Source of the DNA: Mytilus californianus
Lineage: Eukaryota
Direction of reading: 5' to 3'
DNA length: 64,000 bases
Assembly (NCBI RefSeq): GCF_021869535.1
Contig: NW_026262712.1
Coordinates: forward strand, 11,780,001-11,844,000
A program made the translations under genes and the position numbers. The notes under the pieces are model-generated. The model was not told the origin of the DNA. It did not search any database and saw only the letters and a program-made list of their open reading frames with translations. Of the stretch, positions 25,701-38,103 are shown piece after piece. Each line of letters begins with the position of its first letter. Positions within the stretch are counted from its first letter, which is position 1.

Positions 25701-26769
25701 CTGATCTATGCTATCTTTCCTGTTTAACAAAAATCTTTCACGGATCAAACGGCTTTGTGCATTTTTAATCAAGCAATAAATAATTTTCTGTCCAAAAAGT
25801 GAGCTAGAATGTCGAAAAGTTTGTCATGTATAGTAGTATAGAAGTTTTGTGTTCCTGTTGTGAGTGTATTGTTTTCTGTCGTTTCATTCACTTTTTCCTC
25901 CTTCTTTAAGAATGTAAATAAAAGCGAATCAAGTTCATCTTTTAAAATAAGTCTTGATGTTCCTCTGTCAAGTTTACAAGCTTCACAAGTGTTCTCAATT
26001 ATGCTTCTTGTTTCTTCATCAATCTCTTCCGTAAATATTTCTTCATTCACTTTGTTATCGAAAACGATACATAAAGCTAAGGCACAGTATTTACCCAAAA
26101 ATCCCTTCGTTTGTAGCTGTTCAACCTGTTCTTCATAAACCGAAAAAGGATTCTGGAAAAAATATTTAATATCAACCGCCGGGTTTTCATGATATAATTT
26201 ACACAAGAGTGGGAAACAATCATAAAGATCATAAAAATTTGTAATTTGAGAGGCTTTTTCATCAAGATAAAGCTCGGCAATCGATTGCTTTTCAGCTTTT
26301 GATAAGCACATATTTTCTGACAACAAATTACACACACATGACGTAAAAACTGATAATGTTTCAAATTTTTCATCTTGGTACACTTGTAATCTACATGCTA
26401 CAATTATCTTTATTTTTTTATTATCAAGAAGGTCTTTAATACGCTCAATAACGGGTTCCCAAATTTTTAGATCAGACAGGTTTAAAGAAAAATTTCCACA
26501 TAAATCATCAATTACAAACAATGTCTTCTTATTTGGATTGTGAAACTGGACAATGTCCCCTGGATCTGTTACTAAAAGTATGTCGAATCCATCTACACCC
26601 ATTTGTAAAGCAACATGTTGGAGAGTTACCGTTTTCCCAACACCGGAACTAGCCGTTATAGTAACACAGCTGTTCTCTTTTAAATACTTCAGTACTTGAG
26701 TTGCAGCTCTTGTGTTAACAAACATCTGATCTCTCTCCTTCCATTTTCCCAGTATTTTGTTAATCTGAG
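22789..26769 (-). pseudogene. Exon 4 of HEPN-STAND-ankyrin gene: nSTAND3-like NTPase, helical region, 3 ANK, second helical region, ~15 ANK
   Basis: Acceptor TTTCAG| at 26770 (phase 1). Walker A ASSGVGKT (26630-53), Walker B LFVIDD (~26505-26522), 33-aa ankyrin repeats. Five ORFs join through -1 shifts in homopolymers (25794-98, 24061-66) and in-frame stops (25407-09, 24591-93). Confidence 0.9.
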
Positions 26770-27986
26770 CTGAAATATAAACCAATCCTTTTACTACAAA
26801 CACGTTTTTTATGCTGTATTTTGAACCATGCAATAAAATATGCTATATAACACTGATTTAAAGCATTTCCAAGTTTCTCAGTTGTCTTCATTAGGAACTA
26901 CTTCTTAAAATATTTTCTCGTCCTACTACTTGTGTATTAAAAGCATTATTTAAAAAGGTTTAAATATTAATGCATCTAAAATATCTAAATCGTGAACACG
27001 GTGACAAAGTAAAAAGTTAATGATAATGAATTTAGAACGTTATATACAGTTCATGTACATAGTTACATATTAGAAATCTCAAACGTATTTCCAATTCTTT
27101 CATGGATAACATTTCAAACTTTTATCCTAATGTTCCTTTGAAATAATTTACCATTATAATCTGACCTCAAAGCCTCAGAACGCTTTAAAAATTCGTAACT
27201 ATTTAGAACTTGATGTATCATGTCATACTGTATGGAAACCCACCTATCTCATTGAGGTTTATCTAACATCTCATTTTACAAGTAAAAAAAAATATTTAGC
27301 CGTCACAACTTGTCTATGTTTTATAACTGAAATTATAAATTTTAACCTCACATATTCCAGCGTTTCATAATAACGCACAACCTTCCAGGTACCAACATCT
27401 AACATGTCGAGTTAAAATTAGCCCGCCTTTCAAATTCCCACATTCTTAGTTAACCTCTGAGATTTCAATGGAACAGTCATATATCCTCAAGTTAAAGAAC
27501 TCATTTCAACAATAGACACTTACTTTTAGTTTTAACCTTCAAGATCCTATCTTATTAATCTGACTTTAGCATCTCTCATGTTCTGAACATAATAGTTACT
27601 TTACAGGGCTTGGTTTTCACATATTAAGCTTTGAACGTTCCTAATGAAAGTAAATCCAGAAAAGCACCCCAATTTTGACATGTTTACCTATTATAACTGT
27701 TTGTTTTGCTCACACATTGTTGTCAACATAATGGAGTTCAATTCGACTGTCATACAAGTGAGAGGTTAAGCAAGCTATGAAACCACGCTTAATCCACCAT
27801 CTTTTACATAAGGAAATGTATGTTCCAAGTTAGGAATATGATGTGAATTACCTTTTGGTTTAGCCATTTGGGAAAGGACTTTCTGTTTAGAATTTTCCTT
27901 GGAGTTCGATATTTTTGTAATTTTACTTTGACGGACGCATGGGTTGTTTTCATTTTTTTTACAAGTTTGATATTCAAACTGTTTAC

Positions 27987-28138
27987 CTCTAACATTCCAT
28001 TTAACTGTATCCTCCGTCAAACTTTTCAATGACTCTTTCAATGCTTTTATTTCATCATCACACCGTATGATTTCTTTGCTTGTTTTTCAGCTGATCGCAT
28101 TCGTCTTTCATTGTACATCCTCCTAATCTATCAATGGC
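27987..28138 (-). pseudogene. Exon 3 of HEPN-STAND-ankyrin gene (AIDRLGGCTMKDECDQLK…/EIIRCDDEIKALKESLKSLTEDTVKWNVR), helical linker, frameshifted
   Basis: TTTCAG|GCC acceptor (phase 0) and AGAG|GTAAAC donor (phase 1) match the flanking exons; 152 nt is not 3n+1, so it contains a frameshift. Confidence 0.8.
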
Positions 28139-30292
28139 CTGAAATGAAATAATGGGGACTGGGAAATATGATTTTTTTTTATTAAAATTCGCATTTTAGC
28201 AAAAAGTATTATTGTAAATAAATAATATAATGTGACAGTTATATAAAGTTTTTAAGCAGATATATCCATTCTTCCATCTTCACAATAACTATTGAAAGAA
28301 TCTCAAGGAACCATTCCATCGGGTGAATAATATTGCCAAATTGTACTCATAAATAGTAGTGACCTTAAAGGGTACACATCGTCCTTGATTTCCGCTTTGG
28401 ACCACACAGATCTCTATATTCCCTTCACTTGAAACTAGAACAATCAGCACAATCCTCTGGCATTATACCTAAATATAACCAACAGTTTGCCTACCATTCA
28501 TGTCCCAACCATGTTCAAACAAGTAAGACAACCGGCGGATCAACAAAATTGTGAGAAACTCAAAAAGAAAATTGATAGCACCTTTACAGTTCGGAGTTCA
28601 AGACAAACGTTGTCGAGCAACACGCAGTAAGCTCCTCATTGTGCCAATACATTAGACCTCAGCTTTAGTAGAAACTTGGAAAAAACGGGAACATATTTTC
28701 TCATTTATGAGTATAAATCTTGATAAAAAAACACGCAAAACTCGCTCCTTTGTTGAACAGAAATAAAGTGTATTAACCGATATTCGTGTCTATCACCCTA
28801 AAACGAAACGATTTGATCAGATTGTGTTCAATTCGTACGCCAAATGAATGAGGTCTCACTAAGCTGTTTTCGGCAAAGCCTTTTGGATTTTGGTTTGTCC
28901 TCAATGATCCTCAACTTTATACTGTATTTGGCTTTTTACTTTTTTGTTTATTTAAGCGTCATTGATAGGTATTTTGTTGATATGATCATTATCATAAATT
29001 AACATTGAATTATTTAACATAAATAGAATTTCTATTCTCGTATGGTTGTGGCCTGTTATCTATTTCTTGCATGAATAGATATTTCTTGTATCACACTGCA
29101 TGGAGTGTGATACGAAAAAGTTATTCGAATATCTGTGTTAATCTGATTGGCTTACCCAGCATCATAAGACGATACTACAGCATTCCTATTGGCTATTCGT
29201 TAGGTCATTAATGACTTTCAAAGGTTACGACGATGTACATTTCGTCCATGGCAACGGACATATGTGTTTTCATCAATAAATATACAAAATACTCACACTC
29301 ACTCACACCAGACTATCTTCTTTCTTACCAATTTTATTACATTCTGAAGCGTACAAAAAGTCTTAAAATGTCTGATATTAAAGTTTTACACCGGAAAAGG
29401 ACATATGACGTCATACTGGAATGTGCAAAAGACTTGATCAACGATTCGCGGTATTTTTAATTAAACACAACAAGAGTGTTGATCATAAGAGAAATAGGTT
29501 GAACAACTTGTGATAATGAGATATTGCTTGATATCAGCTCTCATTATTTAATTTAAATATATTGAAATTAAATAACTCCAGTTGATATCAAGCGATATCC
29601 CATTCTCACTTGTTATGAAACCTATAATTCCCCAAATATATTACCTTTGATGTTTTTGACCAAACCTTTCTGAATTCTGTGTCCCAAATGTTCTTCAACT
29701 TTGTTTTTCATTGAATCTTTTTACCAGTTTTTTTATTCCATAGTCACTGATAAGTCTTTTGTAGACAAAACTCGAGTCTGATGATGAGTTTATTCCCTTA
29801 ACAGTGTCCTACTAACAGACCCAACATATTCAATGATCTCTTGTTAAAATTCTTACGTTTAACACATGTTTCACTCTTAAGAAAAGACCATAAAAATTAT
29901 TCAAGTTTTCTACGGTATAAAGACAACAATTTTAACGAGAACAGTGTCGAGTACTGAAAAAGAATTCATGTTTTTAAACAAAGTGCGATACCTGCCGTCA
30001 TGAAAAGTTTTGTAGTCACGTAACAAACTGTATGACAAAAAACTGCTATGTCTACAACGGTCTTACGTCATGCACAACAAAAGAGGAAGTATTCAAACTT
30101 ATGATGACACCCAAAAAGCATTAGCCAGCCTTTCTGCAAAAGATTACCATCTATTTTTTTTTAGCTTGATCAATTCATAACTCATCCAAAATTCCAATTA
30201 ATTTTTATTTTGTTTATTCTTCGCTATCATGTGTAGTGTCATACATATGTACAAATCTACTGACCAAAACGAACTCAAAGCAGTAACTTGAA

Positions 30293-31286
30293 AAGTCTAA
30301 ATTGAAAACAACGTTCAAACCTATGATTGCGTTGGAGAAAAACCGCAATTTTTATACGTGTGCATGCAAAACAAATTTCTTGTTAGAGGGGCCTAAATAC
30401 AGCACTAAGATAAGATAAGATCAAAAAAGTGAAAAAGTATATTTAAACAAAACGCATTTGATTAACAGGTCGAACAACGGATATTCTTAAACCATGCTGA
30501 CTGCCAATGGTGTTTGCCAAATAAACGGATCACAAGATGTAACAAAATGGATCTTTATTATTAATTTAATACCAAACAGAAAAAAACCAATACACTTGCG
30601 GAAAAGATGGTATACCGCAAACATGAGGTGCACAAATTGGTACACCTTATCCGGATTTCGACAATTAATGTCTCTTCAGTGATGTTAGGAATCGAAACGG
30701 TATTTGGAAGGACATATAATTTACCTCAATTTAGGATATACTCTTGAAATTTGAAGAGTCGAAATAGGATGAACGGATTATATAAACCAGAAGGCAAATA
30801 GAATACAAGCCCAAACGAAAAAATATAAACAAGTCTAAATTGAAAACAACGTTCAAACCTATGATTGTGTTGGATAAAAACCGCAATTTTTATTCGTGTG
30901 CCTGCAAAACAAATGTCTTGGTAGAGGGGTCTAAATACAGCACAAACAACATTTTTCAAAAGACCAAAAATTTGAAAAAGTATATTTTACCAAAACGCAT
31001 CTGACTAGCACGTCGAACAACGGATGTTCTTAAACACTGCTGACTGCCATGGCGATTGCCAAATAAACGGATCATCAGATGTAACAAAATGGATCTTAAA
31101 TGATAAATTAAAACCAAACAGAAAACAATAAATTTGCGGAAAAGATGGCATACCGCAAACATGAAGTGCACAAATTGGTACATCATATCCGGATTTCAAC
31201 AATGAACGTCTTTTCAGTGATGTTAGGAATCGAAACGGTATTTGGAAGGCCATATAATTTACCTCAATTTAGAATAGACTCTTGAA
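30293..31286 (+). repeat. Two diverged tandem copies of a 456-bp repeat (period 538)
   Basis: 30293-30748 aligns with 30831-31286. Confidence 0.9.
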
Positions 31287-34200
31287 TATAAAAAATATAA
31301 ATGTAGTGTACAAATAATAGTGAATCCACAGTAGATCATCACAGAGAGTGAAAAAAGATACGATTGATTAGATCTGTATGAATCTGGATTGTTGGAGGGA
31401 ACGCTTGATCTCCCCCATAATTCAGATGTGTGACATGACGCAAACTTTCAAGAAAAACCGAGTGTTAAATCATGTATGATTTGGCGGAGGACTGTCTTAA
31501 ACCTCCTCCTCAGTTAACTATCGTTGGAGTGGTTTCCTATGAACCATCGGCAATTATTTCACTTCAACCCGTTGTAGATAAGCTTGACAAATGTAAATAC
31601 ATTTGTCAAATGATAAGTGCTGTACATATTGAATATTCGAATGTACAAAACTCATACTGCATAGTAAGCTATAAAGGTGTAATACCACCAAATATTAGTA
31701 CGTCACATCCGGTTGCATTTGACAGTTGTAGGAAATCAATCCTACATTTCGTTGCAGTAAAAAAATTCTGAGTCGTTAACAAATATCTTGGGTGATTCAC
31801 AGCACCATTCTATTTTTATTTGGTGTTTCTATAGAAAATTGTGAAAACTTCAGGTTACATGGTTACTAAAGCTTGTACACAGCATAACACATTTGATTGT
31901 TTAACTTCCAGTGATGGTTATTATCTTATGCAATGAAATATTGTATAAAATTGTGTTTGTAGTACTGGACAGGATAAAACTTTACTCATGTCAAGTATTT
32001 CTTTACTTGAAACAAAGATAAATTCTGCACATTTTTTTGAAAAGTGCAGATTTAGCAAAGACTAGTACAGTAAGAGAAAAACAATGGTGGTATTACACCT
32101 ATTAAAGGTCTCTTAATAATAATGTAAAAAAAAATCAGACGAGAAAACTAACAGCCTGGTTTTTGTACAATACAATAAAAACAAATATGATATACAGCAA
32201 CGAACAGCACCACTTAAGAACAGTCACCTGATTTGGGATAGGCACATACAAAATATGGGAAGGGTTAAACATGTTTGCGGGCGCGATCCCCCTAACCTTG
32301 TACAGTGGTTTAACAGCACAACAGAAGAACAAACTATTAAAATTAGCTGAAAAGGGATTAACTCATAAAATCGATATAAAGTTCAAGAGCAACTAACAAA
32401 AACTTAATGACGGAAACGCCATACGTTATGTTTCTTAGACTAAAGTAGTATCAATAATAAAAGTAAGATAAAAAATATCGAACTCCAAGGAAAATAAAAA
32501 AAAACAAACGGAAAGTCTTTTCTCAAATGGCGAAACAAGAATACGTGTCCATAAGACATCGTCCCCCCTCATAGTATCACATTTCCATGTTCATTGAAAA
32601 AGGGTCATATTCTAATTTGGTATATCATTTTTTATATCTTTAATGTGGTGAAGAACGGATGAACGGACGAATACACACACCAGAAAATATAACATTCCTC
32701 TCATAGAATAAGTTGGAAATAAAAGTAAAAGGGTCCTACTGAACAAAACTGCAATGAAATATTTGTCTAATTAAAACGTCAAACATTTCATAAAAACAAT
32801 TTGTAAACAATGACGTTACATAATACACACAGACTCTTCTTTGAACCCATGCATCATCATAATTAGAAACAAGAAATAAAATATCCCCTGATTTGTTAAA
32901 GTATAATAATTTGTTTCTTGAAGATGCATTATCATAAACACATTTTTATAAAATTCTACGAAAAGATGACAAAGTACTATCTGGTAAATGCATTGATGAT
33001 CTAATTTTTTGCGTCTTAAAAAAGTGTCTTGAAATTAGTTATAGAAATATAAAAAAAGAAACAAGTCGACTATACATTTTACTTATGGATCTGTTTGAAA
33101 CGCCTGGTCTAACATTATGATTCATAAATCACAAAATGAATTAGAATATCATCTCGCTTAGAACTCATTTTTAAAACCTTAATCTCCCTTTTGAGAAGAA
33201 CTAGATATATGGGTGAAATAAAAAGCCCATTAATGAAGGTGCATTTGATTTTACGTATCTAGATTAATTATTCCCTAAAAAGGTTTTGTCAATAAAATAA
33301 TCCTGTATTTAATTACAAAATATGAAAAGCTTTAAAAAAAAAGTAGATTGGGTTAATTTTAAAATTGATTCGATTCCAAAAAAATATGTGTACTCAACGA
33401 ACAAACTATTTATTCAGTTTATGCATCCTTCCGTCATGCTTCAATGCAATAAGCCGAGATAGGTTTAGACATGTTGGTTATGTCTAGTAATATCATTTTA
33501 TTGGAAATCTCTATAAGAAGAGGAAATACATGTAACACTGGTGCCTTTTTCAAGGAATATACAATTGTGCAATATATATATATATATCAAAAACGACAGT
33601 TCAAATACATATTTCTTTATCATGTATTTAGTGATAAATGTATATATTTTTTTGAAATTGCATACTTAGTATGTTCAATAAAACTCTTCGTTATTTATAT
33701 ATGACTGTACTATTGATATTTTAGATTAGCCTCGGAAACACGTAATACAATTTAAAGCGACAGCCATGTTTAAAAGTTTGGGATCATCAGTTCTGTTTTT
33801 GTTTTCATTTTAAGGATAACTACTGCATACACATTCAATGATACGGTACAATTTAGGATTTTTTAATTGAAAGTTTGGTGATTTTACCTTTACGCTTAAT
33901 TTTAGTCACAAGAGTTATATAAAAATAAGCAGATGTGGTATGAATGCCAATGAGACAACTATCCACCAAAGTTTTAATGAAATTGATGTAAGCAATCATA
34001 GGCAACCGTACGGCCTTCAGCAATGAGAAAACCCCATATCGTCTGGTCGGCTATAGAAATGTGAAACAATTCAATTGAGAAAACATAACGGCATAATTTA
34101 TAACAAAACAATTTACGAAAAACCACTATGTCAGACATGCACCACTGAACTACATGCTCCTGACTTAGGACAAGTACATAAAGAATGTGGCAGGTTTAAT

Positions 34201-35211
34201 CATGTTTGTGAGCGCCCAACCCTTCCCTAACATGGGACAGTAGTGTAACAGTACAACATATGAACAAACTATAAAAATCAGTTGAAAAAGGCTTAGGCGC
34301 CTCTGGCCTTTGTTAGTCTTGTATGATTTTAGTTTCAGTTCATTTATATGTTTTGGAGTTTAGTATGACTTCAAATATTCCCTGAACTATAACACATATT
34401 TGTTTAAGTGCCAGCTCAAGCCCCGACTCCGGGTACGGGATTTTCTCGCTGTGTTTTGGTGGCCTTCAGCTGTTTTCTGCTCCTTGGTCGGCGTGTTGTC
34501 TCTTTGACACATTCCCCATTTCCATTCTCAATTTTATTGACCCATCAGATGGATTCAAATAGAAATACATCTAACAAAAACAGTGTGGACGTGGACGGGT
34601 ACTTATTCATCCCAAAAAACAAAAAGACACTAAGAACAGATCAGAGAGTGCTTGCAGTTGCTGACAGCTAGTTCAAAGCAAATAACAACTAATGAAATCA
34701 GTCATGCATCTAAGACTAAATTACCAATTAGTACACATCCAACATCCAATGGATTAAATGTGTAAAGACGTTATTAACAATCAGAGGAAACACGACCTTG
34801 TGCGATGCAAAACTATAGGTATCGACAGATTGTAGTACCGTGAAAGCATATATGTGTAATGTTTAGTATGGGATTCTTCTTTAAACATATTAAAGTTCTG
34901 TTAGGTGTTCTATAAATAAACGTATTCTGAAAGGTTACCGATTCAACACTGTAATACAGTCTTTGAATATGATGATGTTAAGATGCAATATACACACTGA
35001 ATTGTGACACGTGTGAGAGGATTCTTGGATGTTCGATTGTATTAACGGCTATGTTATTGGACATAACTTTTCAAGTGAAGCCCAATGAATACATGCCGGG
35101 TTTGATGGGTGTGGACTCCGTGATTTAAGAGAATGTTTTTGTTTTAAGCATGAACAAGTTCTCGACTGACGGACGTAAGACGGTCCTTAAAGAAAATGAA
35201 ACTTTACATAC

Positions 35212-35441
35212 ACCAGTTATATCAGTTCAGGCAGTACTGAAGAATGTTGTGTCTATTTTACTATCATCCAAATGAGCCAAGTAGTTCCTGTAATACTTTA
35301 TTCTTGCCAAATCAGCACCTGGTGTGGTCTCCGTAGCTGCTGGTAATTTTTCATACCCAGCATTAGGAGCCATCATTGGAGTCAGATTTCTAAGTAAAGT
35401 TATCATCAAAGTGAGGTCAAATGTTTTTGAATCAGGAACAC
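35212..35441 (-). pseudogene. Exon 2 of HEPN-STAND-ankyrin gene: DZIP3-type HEPN core (VPDSKTFDLTLMITLLRNL…DLARIKYYRNYLAH…TA*TDITG)
   Basis: TTTCAG| acceptor (phase 1), GTATGT donor (phase 0), HEPN RxxxxH motif RNYLAH at 35272-89, in-frame TGA at 35227-29 where Trp is expected. Confidence 0.85.
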
Positions 35442-36156
35442 CTGAAAATTTAAAAATATGTAATGAAAGATAATGCTATGTGTTCGTATGCATTAAAGAC
35501 CGTTGTTAGATTGTTCAGAAGAGGTTTTATAGATTTTCCTTTAACATCAAAATGATTTACCAAGCCATTGCGTTGTTAGTTTATTTGCGACTTATGGGAT
35601 TGAATGTCATTTTGGTATCCTTCGTCTCTCTTTATGTAACTGTTATATACTGAATGCTATAGTCGAAATATTGGCGGTTTTTAACGCAGCATAAAGCAAT
35701 GGTCAATCAACCAATCAGTGCAAAAACAACGCTTTTAGAATACATACATATAAGACGCTTGTGACCAAAAGCCAAACATATAATCTTATGTATAATAAAA
35801 ACAAAATAGGAAGTCTGCCTATCTGTAAATGTGTTAGCAATTCATGAATCCGTTAGTGTTTTATTTTATGTGTTCAATTAAGAGATTTAACTCAACGTTA
35901 TACTGCTGGGTCTTCCAAGTGCTAATGTTTTAACGCTCGGACGAAAGAAGTCCAGAGATGACTTATGTATACAAAAAAATATTAACAAAAATACCGAACT
36001 CCAAGGTAAACTCGTAAAGGGGATGTTCGTAAAAAGGCATTTTCCGAAGCAAATTGCGGGTTTACCCTGATTGTATAGCTAGCTAAATTACCACCTGTAT
36101 GACAGATGTTTAAATAACGTTACATTGACAAAAATAACAAGAATCTGTAAACTTAC

Positions 36157-36362
36157 CAGGAGTTCTCGGATGAAGGAGATTCCACTGGAATGGGTTTATT
36201 ATCTTTTTTATCTTAAGTTCACTTAGTGTTTTGAACTCTTGCTTTATTGAGGCACCAAGGCATGATGGGACAAATTCACGATCAATCAATGCTCTTACTC
36301 CACGTGGAGAAATCCCAGTAAGTAGCAAGCTCATCCTCACATAATTTGTACCCGTCACTAAC
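36157..36362 (-). pseudogene. Exon 1 (or first recognisable exon) of HEPN-STAND-ankyrin gene (NYVRMSLLLTGISPRGVRALIDREF…QWNLLHP)
   Basis: Typical DZIP3-HEPN N-terminal helix; donor G|GTAAGT at 36156 (phase 1) matches exon 2; 5' boundary uncertain. Confidence 0.8.
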
Positions 36363-38103
36363 CTAGAAGTCTGACTCGACCAGGATGAAACAGTCTAAAC
36401 TCTTTCACGCCCTGTGCTTATTTCATTCTTAATTTGTTTTTATCATTTGAACCATACGCCACCAAAGGTTTGAACCGTACTCGTTAAACTCTTAATAACA
36501 CTCGAACACTTTAAATCTATTCAATCAATCATGATAGTGTAACTTACAACTGTACAAGTACAAGTTAACATAATTTGTATTTGTCCTCAAATTTGTGACT
36601 TTATACGAATAATTTTCTGCGGATTTTGAAGAAAACAACATAATACATTATTAAATATTAAAACTATGCAAAATAATCTTTAATTTTCAAAATGATACCG
36701 CCTAGTATAAAAAGGTGCTCATCACAATGTTATTAACAATGAAACAATCCCCTAAAAGACAAACGTCGATGAAATTTTAACTAATTTTGATATACCTTCA
36801 TAATAAAGTAATAAAATTGCAAACTACTTATCAAATACAATTTTATTGCAAATAAGAATTAATCCGCATTTTTAATATGCCTGTCTCAAAGTTGTTTCAT
36901 ATTTTTCATGTCGGTGCCTTATGCAGCAGACTATACGGTAAGGACTTTTTTCATTGTTTGTGACCGTACGATTGCCTATAATTGTTTACATCGTCTTCAT
37001 TTGAACTCTTGGTGGATAGTTGTCTCATTGGCATTCATAACATATCTCCTTATCTTTATATTTAGATAGGAATTTTCAAGTTAAATCTTTAACAAAAAAC
37101 TAAAGTTATTACATCTAGAATTGTTTAGTCCTTAATCATTATTGAATAAAACTATTTTCACGAATACGAATAATGTTTGTTGGCGTTTTTGTGTTGTTGC
37201 AGTTCAGTGTTCTGTTGTTCCGTTGTTTTTCTCTGATAGTTGATATGTTTCCCTCGGTTTTAGTTTGTAACCCGGATTTGTTTTCCCTTCATCGATTTGT
37301 GACGATTGAACAGGGGGTATACTTCTGTTGCCTTTATGCTTAAAATTAATCAGAAATTTATTTTACAAATAATAATATGTAGACTCTTATCATTTCACTA
37401 AAATCTAATAAGTTACTAGATTTTTTTCTAGAAAAAAAGATGCACTATTTTGCTTTTCGTTTACTTAACAATACTGTCACAAATAATTATGGACTCATAT
37501 TATAGATTAGATTTTTTTTGTGTTATAAACTCTGCGATGTTGAAATTAGGTTTTGGATTTTCAAATATTACGGACTCGGGCATCAATGAAGAGACACTCA
37601 TTATCAAAATCTTCATCTGCTGTATTTTTGTTACCGTTACATTTTGTAATGCAATAACTACGACACTGTCGATATTTTGTATTTCGTCATGTTTTATGCC
37701 TCAAATAGCAAGTAGGGAATGATATTACACTTTAAAGAAATTTGGGTCATGAATTTTAAAGTAAAGTAGTGATTTGGTCCAGCTGCAAAAGGTTAAAAAT
37801 TAGCACTTTGGAAGCTGTCAAAAGATTTCAAGACCCCCTTAACATGAAATTGTCCATATTTTGAGTTAGAGCCGATGAAGTTTTCTATAATTTTGATATA
37901 ATTTGTCCCAAAAGTAATACAACACACTGTAAATATATTATTAAGAAAACGCAGGTGGGATTTTTTTTATTTTCATTTTTTTTCTAATAGAAATGCACAA
38001 CGAAATAACTGTGTACACGGACCTACATGTTACCGAGACTATACAAATAACTATTCATTCCCAGATAATGGAGCAGAGGCTCATAGGGCGAACTCACATT
38101 AGT

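Noticed and set aside
26770-26833. MHGSKYSIKN… as the start of a stand-alone NTPase gene
   Set aside because: A phase-compatible acceptor at 26770 links the exon to the upstream HEPN/linker exons.
31472-31771. 99-aa ORF in the STAND gene intron
   Set aside because: No recognisable motif, paralog or splice support.
22789-36362. Bacterial contamination or recent horizontal transfer of an Avs-like gene
   Set aside because: The gene has spliceosomal introns filled with host repeats and host-like AT content.
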